From Rhodobacter capsulatus SB 1003 (GTDB lineage: Bacteria > Pseudomonadota > Alphaproteobacteria > Rhodobacterales > Rhodobacteraceae), in NCBI RefSeq assembly GCF_000021865.1, contig NC_014034.1, forward strand, positions 2,370,001 to 2,402,000: a stretch of DNA of 32,000 nt, read 5' to 3'. Made by a program: the position numbers and the translations under genes. Shown here one piece after another: positions 1 through 7,928 of the stretch; within the stretch, counting starts at the first letter, position 1, and each line of letters starts with the position of its first letter. A model generated the notes under the pieces. That model searched no databases. It had not been told where the DNA came from and worked only from the letters and a program-made list of their open reading frames with translations.

Positions 1-1848
1 GAGGCGATGTGGCTGCTCGAATGGGTGGCGTTCCAGCATGCGGCGGGGTTCGACCGGGTCTTTGTCGTCTCGAACGATTGCAGCGACGGCTCGGACCGGA
101 TGCTGGACCGGCTGGCCGAGATGGGCGAGGTCGTGCATCTGCGCCAGGACGCGCAGCCCGGCGAAGCCCCGCAGGTGAGCGGCTGCGCGCTGGCTCTGGC
201 GCATCCGCAGATGGCCGATGTCGCCTGGGCGTTTCACTGCGACATCGACGAATTTCTCAATGTGAGCTGCGGCGAGGGCCGGGTTGCCGATCTGATCGCG
301 GCGGTCCTGCGTGCCGGTCCCACCGATTGCATCACCGTCAACTGGCGCATGTTCGGCTCGGGCGGGCGGCGCAGCTGGGACGGCGGCGCGGTCCTGCCAA
401 GCTTCACCCTGACCGAGGCGCAGCTGCGCAAGGGCCGCGCGATGCAGAAATGCCTGTTCCGCCCCGAGGTTTTCGCGGCGGTGCATTGCCACATGCCCAA
501 GCATCCGCGCAAGGCGGACCCGGTTCTGCGCAGCAGCGCCGGTGTGGAAATGCCCAATGCGCCGCTGTTCGCGCCGCAGCAGATGCGGCATCAGACCGCC
601 ACCCATGCGATGGTCAGCTGGGAGAATGCGGCGCTCAATCACTATGCGATCCGGTCGCAGGATGTGTTCCTGCTGAAGAACCTGCGCGGCGACGGCATGG
701 CTCTGACGCATCAGAAATACCGTCTGGGCTCGCCGTTCTGGGCCTTTGCCGAACGGACCGAGATCGAGGACCGCACGATCTTGCGGCATTGGCCCGCGGT
801 GGCGGCGCGGCTTGAGCGCTATCGCGCCGACCCCGAGATCCGCGCGCTCGAGGCCGAGGCGCTCGCCGGGCATGCGCGGCTGCGCGCAGAGATCCTCGAC
901 CGGCAGGGCCGGTTCGGCTGGCACGATCCCGCCCCGAAACAGCCGCTGCAGGAGGTGCCCAAGGCGCATCTGCCCGACACGGCCGGGGCGGTGCGCTTCT
1001 TGCTGTCGCAGCTGCCGCGCGAGCGCCGCACCGTGGTGCTTGATGTCGGCGCCAATCCGATCACCCCGACGCCCTACAAGACGCTTCTGGCGCTGCAAAG
1101 CTGCGAGGTGATCGGCTTCGAGCCGCAGCCCGAGGCCTTTGCCGCGCTGCAATCGGCGCGCTCGCCGCGGGAGCGGTATTTCCCCCATGCGGTGGGCGAC
1201 GGGACGGTGCAGGAGCTGAAGATCTTCCGGTTCAGCGGCATGACATCGGTGTTCGAACCCTGTCTGCCCTCGATCGCGCTCTTGGGCAAGCCGCGGATGG
1301 GCCGGGTGATCGAGCGGGTCGCGCTGCCGACGGTGGCGCTGGACACCCTGCCCGAAATCGGCCGGATCGATCTGCTCAAGATCGACATTCAGGGCGGCGA
1401 GCTGGCGGTGTTTCAGGGCGCGCGCCAGACGCTTGCGCAGGCGGTCGCGGTGATCGTCGAGCTGCGTCACCTGCGGCTTTACGAGGGCGAGCCGATGGCG
1501 GCCGGGGTCGATCAGGAGCTGCGCGCGCAGGGCTTCGCGCTGCACAAGTTCCTGTTCAACAAGTCGATGCCGATCGCCAATTCGCAGCTGGCCCGGCTTT
1601 CGCGCGAGGCCAACAGCGATCAGCTGGTCGATGGCGACGCGGTCTATCTGCGCGACCTGACGAGGCTTGACGCGATCGACGACGAGGGGCTGGTGCAGCT
1701 TGCCATCCTGGCCGCATCGACCTTTGACAGCCATACCGTCGCGCTGGCCTGTCTGGATGCGCTGGCCGCAAGGGGGCGGATCCCGGCAAGCCTGGCGCGC
1801 GACTATGTCGACGCCCTGCCCGCCCGGCTGCGCAGCGATCCGGCCTAG
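1..1848 (+). CDS. Glycosyltransferase (GT2/GT92-like) fused to an FkbM-family SAM methyltransferase; 5' end runs off the window
   Basis: The frame is open from nt 1 (track ORF 7..1848, stop TAG 1846-1848). The N-terminal LLEWVAFQHAAGFDRVFVVSNDCSDGSD resembles the start of GT2/GT92-type domains. The C-terminal half has FkbM-like motifs (VLDVGANP..., DLLKIDIQGGEL). GC3-rich codons. Confidence 0.6.
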   Translation, partial: EAMWLLEWVAFQHAAGFDRVFVVSNDCSDGSDRMLDRLAEMGEVVHLRQDAQPGEAPQVSGCALALAHPQMADVAWAFHCDIDEFLNVSCGEGRVADLIAAVLRAGPTDCITVNWRMFGSGGRRSWDGGAVLPSFTLTEAQLRKGRAMQKCLFRPEVFAAVHCHMPKHPRKADPVLRSSAGVEMPNAPLFAPQQMRHQTATHAMVSWENAALNHYAIRSQDVFLLKNLRGDGMALTHQKYRLGSPFWAFAERTEIEDRTILRHWPAVAARLERYRADPEIRALEAEALAGHARLRAEILDRQGRFGWHDPAPKQPLQEVPKAHLPDTAGAVRFLLSQLPRERRTVVLDVGANPITPTPYKTLLALQSCEVIGFEPQPEAFAALQSARSPRERYFPHAVGDGTVQELKIFRFSGMTSVFEPCLPSIALLGKPRMGRVIERVALPTVALDTLPEIGRIDLLKIDIQGGELAVFQGARQTLAQAVAVIVELRHLRLYEGEPMAAGVDQELRAQGFALHKFLFNKSMPIANSQLARLSREANSDQLVDGDAVYLRDLTRLDAIDDEGLVQLAILAASTFDSHTVALACLDALAARGRIPASLARDYVDALPARLRSDPA

Positions 1849-1852
1849 GCCC

Positions 1853-1904
1853 CCCGGTCTCAGGGCCCGGTCTCAAGGCCCGGTTTCTGGGCCCGGCCTC
1901 AGGG
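1853..1904. repeat. Four tandem copies of a 13-nt unit (CCCGGTCTCAGGG and variants) filling the convergent gap
   Basis: Read directly: cccggtctcaggg / cccggtctcaagg / cccggtttctggg / cccggcctcaggg at 1853, 1866, 1879 and 1892. The last unit contains the response-regulator stop codon (1899-1901). Confidence 0.85.
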
Positions 1905-2951
1905 GCGGCTGGCGCGGCGGAATTCCGAGGGCGAGACGCCGACCTCTTTCTTGAACGCCTTGCAGAAATAATTCGCGTCCTGATAGGCCAGATCCAGCGC
2001 CACGTTCAGGATCGGCAGGCTCGATCCCGCCAGCAGATCCTTGGCCCGGGACATCCGGCGTTCCTTCACATAGGCGATGAAGGTCATGTCCATCTGCCGG
2101 TGAAACAGCCGGCTCAGATAGCAGGCGCTGACATGGGCCTGTTCGGCCGCCTCCTCCAGCGTCACCGTCTTGTGCAGGTTGCGCTCGATATAGTTGCGCA
2201 CCGTCTCGATCCGGGCCGCCGCCCCCGCGCCGGTCTCCTCGCCCGGATCGAAAAGCAGGTCGGTGATGTCGCCGAAGAGTTCCTGCAGCTTGTAGCTGTC
2301 GCGCGGATCAAGCCGCTGCGTCGCCAGCGCCTCGATCCGGCGGGCAAGCGGCGCGGGCAGGCTGCGGCCGCTGCGCGCGATCAGATCGGTCAGCAGCTGC
2401 GCCAGATCCAGCACCGCCTGCCGGGCGGGCCGGTCGCGCTGGCCGTGCAGCGTCTCGATCTGCCGCCGCACCAGCGCCAGACCGTCGCGATAGGCATGGG
2501 CGGCGACCATCCGGCCCAGCTCGGTGCGCAGATCGGGGGCGGCTTCGGGCAACGGAGGCTGTGGCACGGCCGCGACGGGCGCCGCGCTGCGCAGGCAATC
2601 GGTGACGGATTTCAGCAGCGCCTCGGTCCGCACCGGCTTGAGCAGAAAGCCGTCCGCGCGCAGCTGGATCGCCGCCTGCATGATCTCGAAATGATCATAG
2701 GCGGTGATGATCAGCACCTTGGTCGCCGCCGCGCGGTTGCGCAGAAACTCCAGGATTTCCAGCCCGTCCGGCCGCGGGATCCGGATGTCGAGCAGCATCA
2801 GGTCGATCTTGCGGCTTTCGATCAGACGCAAAGCCTCGGCGCCGTTCTTCGCCTCTCCGACCACGCTCACCTCGGGCAGGTTGCGCTCCAGGATCGTGCG
2901 CAGCGCCCGGCGTTCCAGTTCTTCATCCTCGACGATGGCAATATCGAACAT
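1899..2951 (-). CDS. Two-component response regulator, REC domain plus AraC-type HTH (YesN-like)
   Basis: ATG at 2949-2951 gives MFDIAIVEDEELERRAL...DLMLLDIRIPRPDG (receiver domain). The C-terminus is AraC HTH (VTLEEAAEQAHVSACYLSRLFHRQ...YQDANYFCKAFKKEVGVSPSEFR). The upstream extension of track ORF 1899..3311 is Arg/Pro-rich junk that overlaps the kinase gene. Confidence 0.9.
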   Translation of the reverse strand: MFDIAIVEDEELERRALRTILERNLPEVSVVGEAKNGAEALRLIESRKIDLMLLDIRIPRPDGLEILEFLRNRAAATKVLIITAYDHFEIMQAAIQLRADGFLLKPVRTEALLKSVTDCLRSAAPVAAVPQPPLPEAAPDLRTELGRMVAAHAYRDGLALVRRQIETLHGQRDRPARQAVLDLAQLLTDLIARSGRSLPAPLARRIEALATQRLDPRDSYKLQELFGDITDLLFDPGEETGAGAAARIETVRNYIERNLHKTVTLEEAAEQAHVSACYLSRLFHRQMDMTFIAYVKERRMSRAKDLLAGSSLPILNVALDLAYQDANYFCKAFKKEVGVSPSEFRRASRP

Positions 2952-2959
2952 CGGCGGCC

Positions 2960-4300
2960 TCAGAACGCGCAGGGGTCGAAATCGATCGGCAGCCGCAGCC
3001 GGACAAGGGTGCCGCGGCCCTGCCGGAACGGGCTGACGATCTCCAGCCCGTGGCTGTCGCCGAAATATTGCCGCATCCGGCTGTGGATGTTGTGCAGCCC
3101 GATGCTTTTGCGCCCGCCATGATCGGCCTCGCCGCGCAGCACGTCGTGACGGCGTTCGGCATTGATCCCGGGGCCGTTGTCGAGCACGTCGATGATCACG
3201 TCGCCCCCGTCGCGATAGAGCGAAATCTCGATCAGCCCGCCGCTTTCCATCGGCTCGATCGCATAGTTGATGCAGTTTTCCACTAGCGGATGCAGCACCA
3301 TGAAGGGGCACAGGACGCGGTCGAATTCCTCGGGCGCGTCAAGCGTGAAATCGAAGCGATCCCCCATCCGCAGCTTGAGCAGGTAAAGATAGTTGCGCAC
3401 GTGATCGATCTCGGTGCGCAGCGGCACGGATTGCGAGCCCGAGCGCTTGAGCAGATAGCGCATCATGTCGGCAAAGGCATGCACCGTGGTTTCCGTCTCG
3501 GGCGCGCCCTCGACCAGCGCCAGACGGCCGATGGTGTTGAGCACGTTGAACAGGAAATGCGGATTGACCTGATAGGAGAGCGCCTGCAGTTCCGCTTCGC
3601 GCAACAGCCGTTCCAGTTCGGCGCGGCGCTGCGATTCCTCGGCCAGACGCAGGTTTTTCGCGTAAAGCTCCTGCGTCACGCCCTGCGAATAGCTTTCCTC
3701 GACGATATGCGAGGCGATGGTGAAAAGCGAAAACGCCGCCGAGCGCAGCCGGTCGAAGCTGATCTCGCCGATCTGCGCATGCAGCGCCAAAAGCGCGGGA
3801 TCCTCGCTCCACGACCCCTCGGCGGGGAAGATGTTCGACAGATCGACGATGCGCGGATGCCCGCCCGGGGCGAGCTTCACCTGACCGCAGATCACCGCGC
3901 CCAGATATTCGCCGCGCAGATTGATCGGGGCGGCGAAATCGACCAGCTGGCAGTGACATTTGTAGATCGCGGGTTCCCCGGTGGAAAGCGCCGTGCGCCC
4001 GCCCACCGCATCGCAGTGAAAGCAGCGCTCGCGCCAGTCGGGGCGCGAGCGCACCGCCTGACAGAAGGGCGAGAACCCCGAGGGTTTCGTCACCGGCGCC
4101 CCCTCGGGATCGACGATGACCATCGCAACGCCGACGGCGGCGCTGAAATTGTCCTGCACCTTCTGCAGCATCTCGGTGCTCATCAGATCGACAAGCTTGC
4201 GCCGCCGCGCGGCCTTGAATTCCGTCGTCTCCGGCAGCGGACGAAAGCCCGGACCGGCCAGAACCTCCACGGACTGCCCGAAAGGCGTATTACTTCCCAT
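2960..4300 (-). CDS. Soluble sensor histidine kinase with N-terminal PocR-type ligand domain and YesM/LytS-type His_kinase + HATPase core
   Basis: Start chosen at ATG 4298-4300, preceded by GAGGGG. PocR-like segment: LQKVQDNFSAAVGVAMVIVDPEGAPVTKPSGFSPFCQ...CFHCD...YKCHCQLVDFAAPI. H-box region: YQVNPHFLFNVLNTI. ATPase motifs: DNGPGI, GLHNI. No hydrophobic TM segment seen. Its stop lies 8 nt before the regulator start. Confidence 0.85.
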   Translation of the reverse strand: MGSNTPFGQSVEVLAGPGFRPLPETTEFKAARRRKLVDLMSTEMLQKVQDNFSAAVGVAMVIVDPEGAPVTKPSGFSPFCQAVRSRPDWRERCFHCDAVGGRTALSTGEPAIYKCHCQLVDFAAPINLRGEYLGAVICGQVKLAPGGHPRIVDLSNIFPAEGSWSEDPALLALHAQIGEISFDRLRSAAFSLFTIASHIVEESYSQGVTQELYAKNLRLAEESQRRAELERLLREAELQALSYQVNPHFLFNVLNTIGRLALVEGAPETETTVHAFADMMRYLLKRSGSQSVPLRTEIDHVRNYLYLLKLRMGDRFDFTLDAPEEFDRVLCPFMVLHPLVENCINYAIEPMESGGLIEISLYRDGGDVIIDVLDNGPGINAERRHDVLRGEADHGGRKSIGLHNIHSRMRQYFGDSHGLEIVSPFRQGRGTLVRLRLPIDFDPCAF

Positions 4301-4383
4301 GCCAACCCCTCTGCATCGCGTGCGACGAAGACGGGCGGCCCTCCCCCGCGCCAATGAGAGCCCAGCCCGACGCTGGTCTCTGC

Positions 4384-4418
4384 CCGGGGGCCTTGGCGGA
4401 AATTGCCAAAGCCCCCGG
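4384..4418 (-). terminator. GC-rich hairpin between the activase gene and the kinase gene (possible operon terminator or processing stem)
   Basis: ccgggggccttggc (4384-4397) pairs with gccaaagcccccgg (4405-4418): 14 bp with 1 mismatch and a 7-nt loop. There is no U-tract on either strand. Confidence 0.3.
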
Positions 4419-4570
4419 CGGGCGGGGAAATGCCGACTCGCTCGTCGTTGCTGCCGAGCCTTAACGCAGTCGGGCGGGGGAAAACCTGATCTGGCGCAAA
4501 TCCCCCCGCCCTTCCCGGCATCGTGACAAGTTACCGCACCACAAGGATTTTTTCGCCTTTCGGTTGCATC

Positions 4571-5488
4571 TCAGCCACCGATCACGCAGCGCAGCCCCTC
4601 GGCTTCGACCAGCGTTTTCAAGGGCATCACCGCCTCGGGTTTCAGATCGGGCAGCGCCCCCATCGGACAGGTCCGGCCCAGCAGGCGATACTTGTTCTCG
4701 CCAAAGCTGTGATAGGGCAGCAGATGCACCGTATCGACGCCCGGCATCAGCTTGGCAAAGCGGGCAATCGCGGTGATCGCGGCGGGGCTGTCGTTCACCC
4801 CGGGCACCACCGGCACCCGCACCACCGCATGCGTCAGCGACGCCGCAATCAGCGCATTTTCCAGGATCAGCCGGTTGTCGACGCCGGTGTTTTGCTGATG
4901 CACCGCCGGGTCGATCGACTTCAGATCCATCAGCAGGTGATCGACATGCGGGATCACCTCGCGGATCACTTCGCGCGGGGCACAGCCCGTGGTTTCCATC
5001 GCGGTGTTCCAGCCCTGTTCGTGGCAGGCCATCAGCAGCTGTTTCGCAAAGGCCGCCTGCAACAGCGGCTCGCCGCCCGACAGCGTCACCCCCCCGCCCG
5101 AGCGGCGGTAGTGGATCGCATCCTTGCGCAGCTCCTGCATCACCTCGGCCACGCTCATCCTGCGGCCCGCGCGCTTGAGCGCCTCGGTCGGGCAAACCTT
5201 GGTGCAGTCGCCGCAGCGGATGCATTTTGCCCGGTCGACAAAGCCCGGATTGTCACGCGACAGCGCCCCCACCGGGCAGACCGGAATGCATTTGCCGCAG
5301 CCGATGCAGGCCGAGGCGCGGAAGAACAGATCCGGTTCGGTCGATTGCGATTCCGGGTTCGAACACCAGCGGCACGCCAGCGGGCAGCCCTTGAGGAAGA
5401 CGATGGTCCGCACCCCCGGCCCGTCATGGATCGAATAACGCTGGATGTCGAAGACCGTGCCTTCGGCGGTGAAATCGAGCTCGGACAT
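4571..5488 (-). CDS. Glycyl-radical-enzyme activating enzyme (radical SAM, with two ferredoxin-type cluster motifs)
   Basis: ATG 5486-5488 preceded by AAGGA. MSELDFTAEGTVFDIQRYSIHDGPGVRTIVFLKGCPLACRWCSNPE carries the CX3CX2C radical-SAM motif. CIGCGKCIPVCP and CIRCGDCTKVCP are the two ferredoxin-type motifs. The longer track ORF (to 5887) overlaps the upstream shell gene. Confidence 0.9.
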   Translation of the reverse strand: MSELDFTAEGTVFDIQRYSIHDGPGVRTIVFLKGCPLACRWCSNPESQSTEPDLFFRASACIGCGKCIPVCPVGALSRDNPGFVDRAKCIRCGDCTKVCPTEALKRAGRRMSVAEVMQELRKDAIHYRRSGGGVTLSGGEPLLQAAFAKQLLMACHEQGWNTAMETTGCAPREVIREVIPHVDHLLMDLKSIDPAVHQQNTGVDNRLILENALIAASLTHAVVRVPVVPGVNDSPAAITAIARFAKLMPGVDTVHLLPYHSFGENKYRLLGRTCPMGALPDLKPEAVMPLKTLVEAEGLRCVIGG

Positions 5489-5532
5489 GAGGGTATTCCT
5501 TTCGTGGCTCTGGCCGGGGCCGGGGCTGCGGC

Positions 5533-5832
5533 TCAGAAGGCGGGGGCCTGCGCGGCAATCGCATCCATCGCGGCGCGGACCGAGGCGGTCTCGCCCAGCA
5601 CGGCCAGCGTCGTCGTCGTTTGCGGGCAGGTGCCGGACAGCTCGACCGTCAGCACATGGGCGGATTTGCCGGCGATATCGGCGAAATAGAACAGGTCGGG
5701 GACACTTGCCTGCACGAAGCCGATCGCCGAGACCCGGTTTTCCTCGATCCATTTGCGCACCCCCGGCGCGACGCGGCGGGCGAGCATCTCCAGAAGATCG
5801 GGGGCGGGGGCGTTGATGATGCGGATTTGCAT
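5533..5832 (-). CDS. pduU: Circularly permuted BMC shell protein, PduU/EutS-like
   Basis: The 99-aa product aligns by eye with PduU: [14 protein letters not shown] ~ [41 protein letters not shown] ~ [28 protein letters not shown], and [16 protein letters not shown] ~ VVLTGDVSAVEYALKQV. AAGGA RBS upstream of ATG 5830-5832. Confidence 0.7.
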   Translation of the reverse strand: [99 protein letters not shown]

Positions 5833-5853
5833 GGCAAGTGTCCTTTTCGGGTC

Positions 5854-7455
5854 TCAGCGCACGTTCAGCGCTTCGACCATCACGCATTTGCGGCGGCGGG
5901 CGAAGGAGCGGGCAGAGGTCAGCCCCTCGCCTGTCGGCCCGGCGATGGTGAAGGTGGCATAGCCCTCGCCGCCGACGCCAAGCCCGGCATAAGAGGGGCC
6001 GTTCTTCACGAAGATCGTGGTCTGGATGAGCTTCGCCATCTTCGTCAGCTTGCGCACATTGGTCGAATGCATGATCGCGGTATGGCGGTTGCCGTGTTCA
6101 AGAACGACCGCCAGATCAATGGCTTCGTCGACGCATGCCACGCGCACCAAAGGCAGGATCGGCATCATCAGCTCTTCGACGACAAAGGGGTGATCCTTGC
6201 CCGTCTCGATCAGGATGATCCGGGTTTCGGGCGCGGCTTTGACACCGATCTTGTCGAGCAACCAAACCGCCGATTTGCCGACGCAGCCCGTCTGCGGCCC
6301 GCCCTTTTCGGTCAGCACCAGTTTTTCCAGCGCGGCGATCTGCGCCGGATCGGTCAGCCGATGCGCGCCGTTGCGGACCAGCTCCGCGGTCAGGAAATCG
6401 GCGATTTCCGCCACCGCGATCAGCTCCTTTTCCGCCACGCAGGGCATGTTGTTGTCGAACGAACAGCCGTTGACGATATCCAGCGCCGCTTTCGGAATGT
6501 CGGCGGTTTCGTCAACCACCACCGGCGGATTGCCCGCCCCTGCCCCGATCGCCTTCTTGCCCGAGGACAGCACCGTCTTCACGATCGCCGGGCCGCCCGT
6601 CGCCACCAGCATCCGCACCTTGGGATGCGCCATCATCGCATTCGTGTTCTCGATCGAGGGCGCCTGCACGGTGACGACAAGGTTCGCCGGTGCCCCCAGC
6701 GCCGCCAGCTTGCGGTTGATCAGCTTGATCGCCAGCAGGCTGACGCCGCGCGCGCGCGGATGGGGGCTGAAGACCACCGCATTGCCCGCGGCCAACATCC
6801 CGATCGCGTTGCAGATGATGGTTTCGGTCGGGTTCGTCGTCGGCGTGATCGCCCCGATGACGCCATAGGCGGACAGCTCGACCAGCGTCAGCCCGTCATC
6901 GCCGCTTTGCGCTTCGGTGGTCAGGTCTTCGATGCCCGGGGTCTTTTCCGCCGCCAGCCGGTTCTTGATGATCTTGTGCGCGACATTGCCCATGCCGGTC
7001 TGTTCGACCGCCAGCCGCGAGATCCGCTCCAGCAGCGCGGGGTTCAGAAAGACCTCGCGGAGGCCGTCGATGAAGCGCTTGCGCGCCGACATCGAACAGA
7101 ACAGATATTGCCGCTGCGCCTCGGCGGCGGCCTCCACGGCCGCATCCATCGTGGCAAAGATGCCGTCGCCCACGGTTTCGGCCTGATCGTCGGGGATCGA
7201 CAGGCAATTTGCGGGCGCGGTGCAGCTGCCCGCCTTGCAGCAGGAACAGTTCTTCTCGCCCAACTCGCGCGTCAGGATGCCGCCGATGATGTCATCGATC
7301 GGATCGGCGGGCTTCGGGGCTTCCCGGACACAGCCCTGCGTGCCGGGTTTTGCCAGATCCGTCAGGGCCTTGGTCACCGTCGCCTCAAGGCTTTTCGGGG
7401 CGGTGTAGCCGCTCAAGACCCGGGCCACGGCGTCTTCGATATCGCTGTCTTTCAT
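5854..7455 (-). CDS. pduP: CoA-acylating aldehyde dehydrogenase (PduP/EutE family) with a ~95-aa N-terminal extension
   Basis: ATG 7453-7455 preceded by AAGGACAAGGA. The catalytic domain begins near GDGIFATMDAAVEAAAEAQRQY. It contains ...FDNNMPCVAEKE (catalytic Cys) and the GxGxG-like GAGAGNPP. The start overlaps the stop of the upstream gene (ATGA at 7452-7455). Confidence 0.88.
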   Translation of the reverse strand: MKDSDIEDAVARVLSGYTAPKSLEATVTKALTDLAKPGTQGCVREAPKPADPIDDIIGGILTRELGEKNCSCCKAGSCTAPANCLSIPDDQAETVGDGIFATMDAAVEAAAEAQRQYLFCSMSARKRFIDGLREVFLNPALLERISRLAVEQTGMGNVAHKIIKNRLAAEKTPGIEDLTTEAQSGDDGLTLVELSAYGVIGAITPTTNPTETIICNAIGMLAAGNAVVFSPHPRARGVSLLAIKLINRKLAALGAPANLVVTVQAPSIENTNAMMAHPKVRMLVATGGPAIVKTVLSSGKKAIGAGAGNPPVVVDETADIPKAALDIVNGCSFDNNMPCVAEKELIAVAEIADFLTAELVRNGAHRLTDPAQIAALEKLVLTEKGGPQTGCVGKSAVWLLDKIGVKAAPETRIILIETGKDHPFVVEELMMPILPLVRVACVDEAIDLAVVLEHGNRHTAIMHSTNVRKLTKMAKLIQTTIFVKNGPSYAGLGVGGEGYATFTIAGPTGEGLTSARSFARRRKCVMVEALNVR

Positions 7456-7925
7456 TGTCCTTGTCCTTCGCTCGGGGTCGCGCCCCAATGTGCCGCAATC
7501 GCCTTTCGCGCGATCTGCATGTCTTCTTCGACCGTGCCGCCGCTGATGCCGATGGCGCCCAGCACCGCCGCCCCCGCCCGGATCGGCAGCCCGCCGCCAA
7601 AGGGGACGACCGGCCCGCCCGCGGGGCCAAGCCCCGCCAGCATGCCGCCCGCGGCGGTCAGGGCCCCCAGCGCATCGGTGCCCATCCGGTAGGCCGCCGC
7701 CGTCCAGGCCTTGGAGGGCGCGAGCGTGACCGAAGCGGGCAGCGCCCCCTCCATCCGGTGAAACAGCAGCGCCGTGCCCGCCGCGTCACAAAAGGCGATG
7801 CAGACCGGAACGCCCAGCCGCCGCGCCTCAAGCTCGGCCACGGCCGCCATCCGGGTGACGTCGCACAGCCGCAGCGGGCGGCGGGCGGCCAATTCGGTCC
7901 AAAGGATCGTGTCGATCAGCGCCAT
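7452..7925 (-). CDS. GlcG / DUF336 (PduO C-terminal-domain-like) putative heme-binding protein
   Basis: The 157-aa product has the family signature ...GGGLPIRAGAAVLGAIGISGGTVEEDMQIARKAI. GGAGGG RBS lies inside the end of the upstream BMC-P gene. A 4-nt ATGA overlap joins it to the aldehyde dehydrogenase. Confidence 0.8.
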   Translation of the reverse strand: MALIDTILWTELAARRPLRLCDVTRMAAVAELEARRLGVPVCIAFCDAAGTALLFHRMEGALPASVTLAPSKAWTAAAYRMGTDALGALTAAGGMLAGLGPAGGPVVPFGGGLPIRAGAAVLGAIGISGGTVEEDMQIARKAIAAHWGATPSEGQGQ

Positions 7926-7928
7926 GGC

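Noticed and set aside
1853-1904. The tandem repeat as a possible CRISPR array or minisatellite-encoded peptide
   Set aside because: The units abut with no spacers and are only 13 nt long. There are no cas genes. The repeat is kept as a simple tandem repeat.
5355-5367. tRNA T-arm-like string GGGTTCGAACACC, with a similar GTTCGAACCC near 1253
   Set aside because: Both lie inside well-supported coding frames, and no acceptor or anticodon stems can be built around them.
2100-5689. Plus-strand ORFs 2100..3122, 3290..4357 and 4523..5689, opposite the regulator, kinase and activase genes
   Set aside because: Arg/His/Gly-rich mirror ORFs without motifs. The minus-strand frames have receiver, AraC, PocR/His_kinase and radical-SAM signatures.
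5620-7692. 690-aa plus-strand ORF antisense to the aldehyde dehydrogenase and GlcG-like genes
   Set aside because: Low-complexity Arg/Gly/Asp composition. It spans two real minus-strand genes with strong family motifs and coupled start/stop codons, and it has no RBS.
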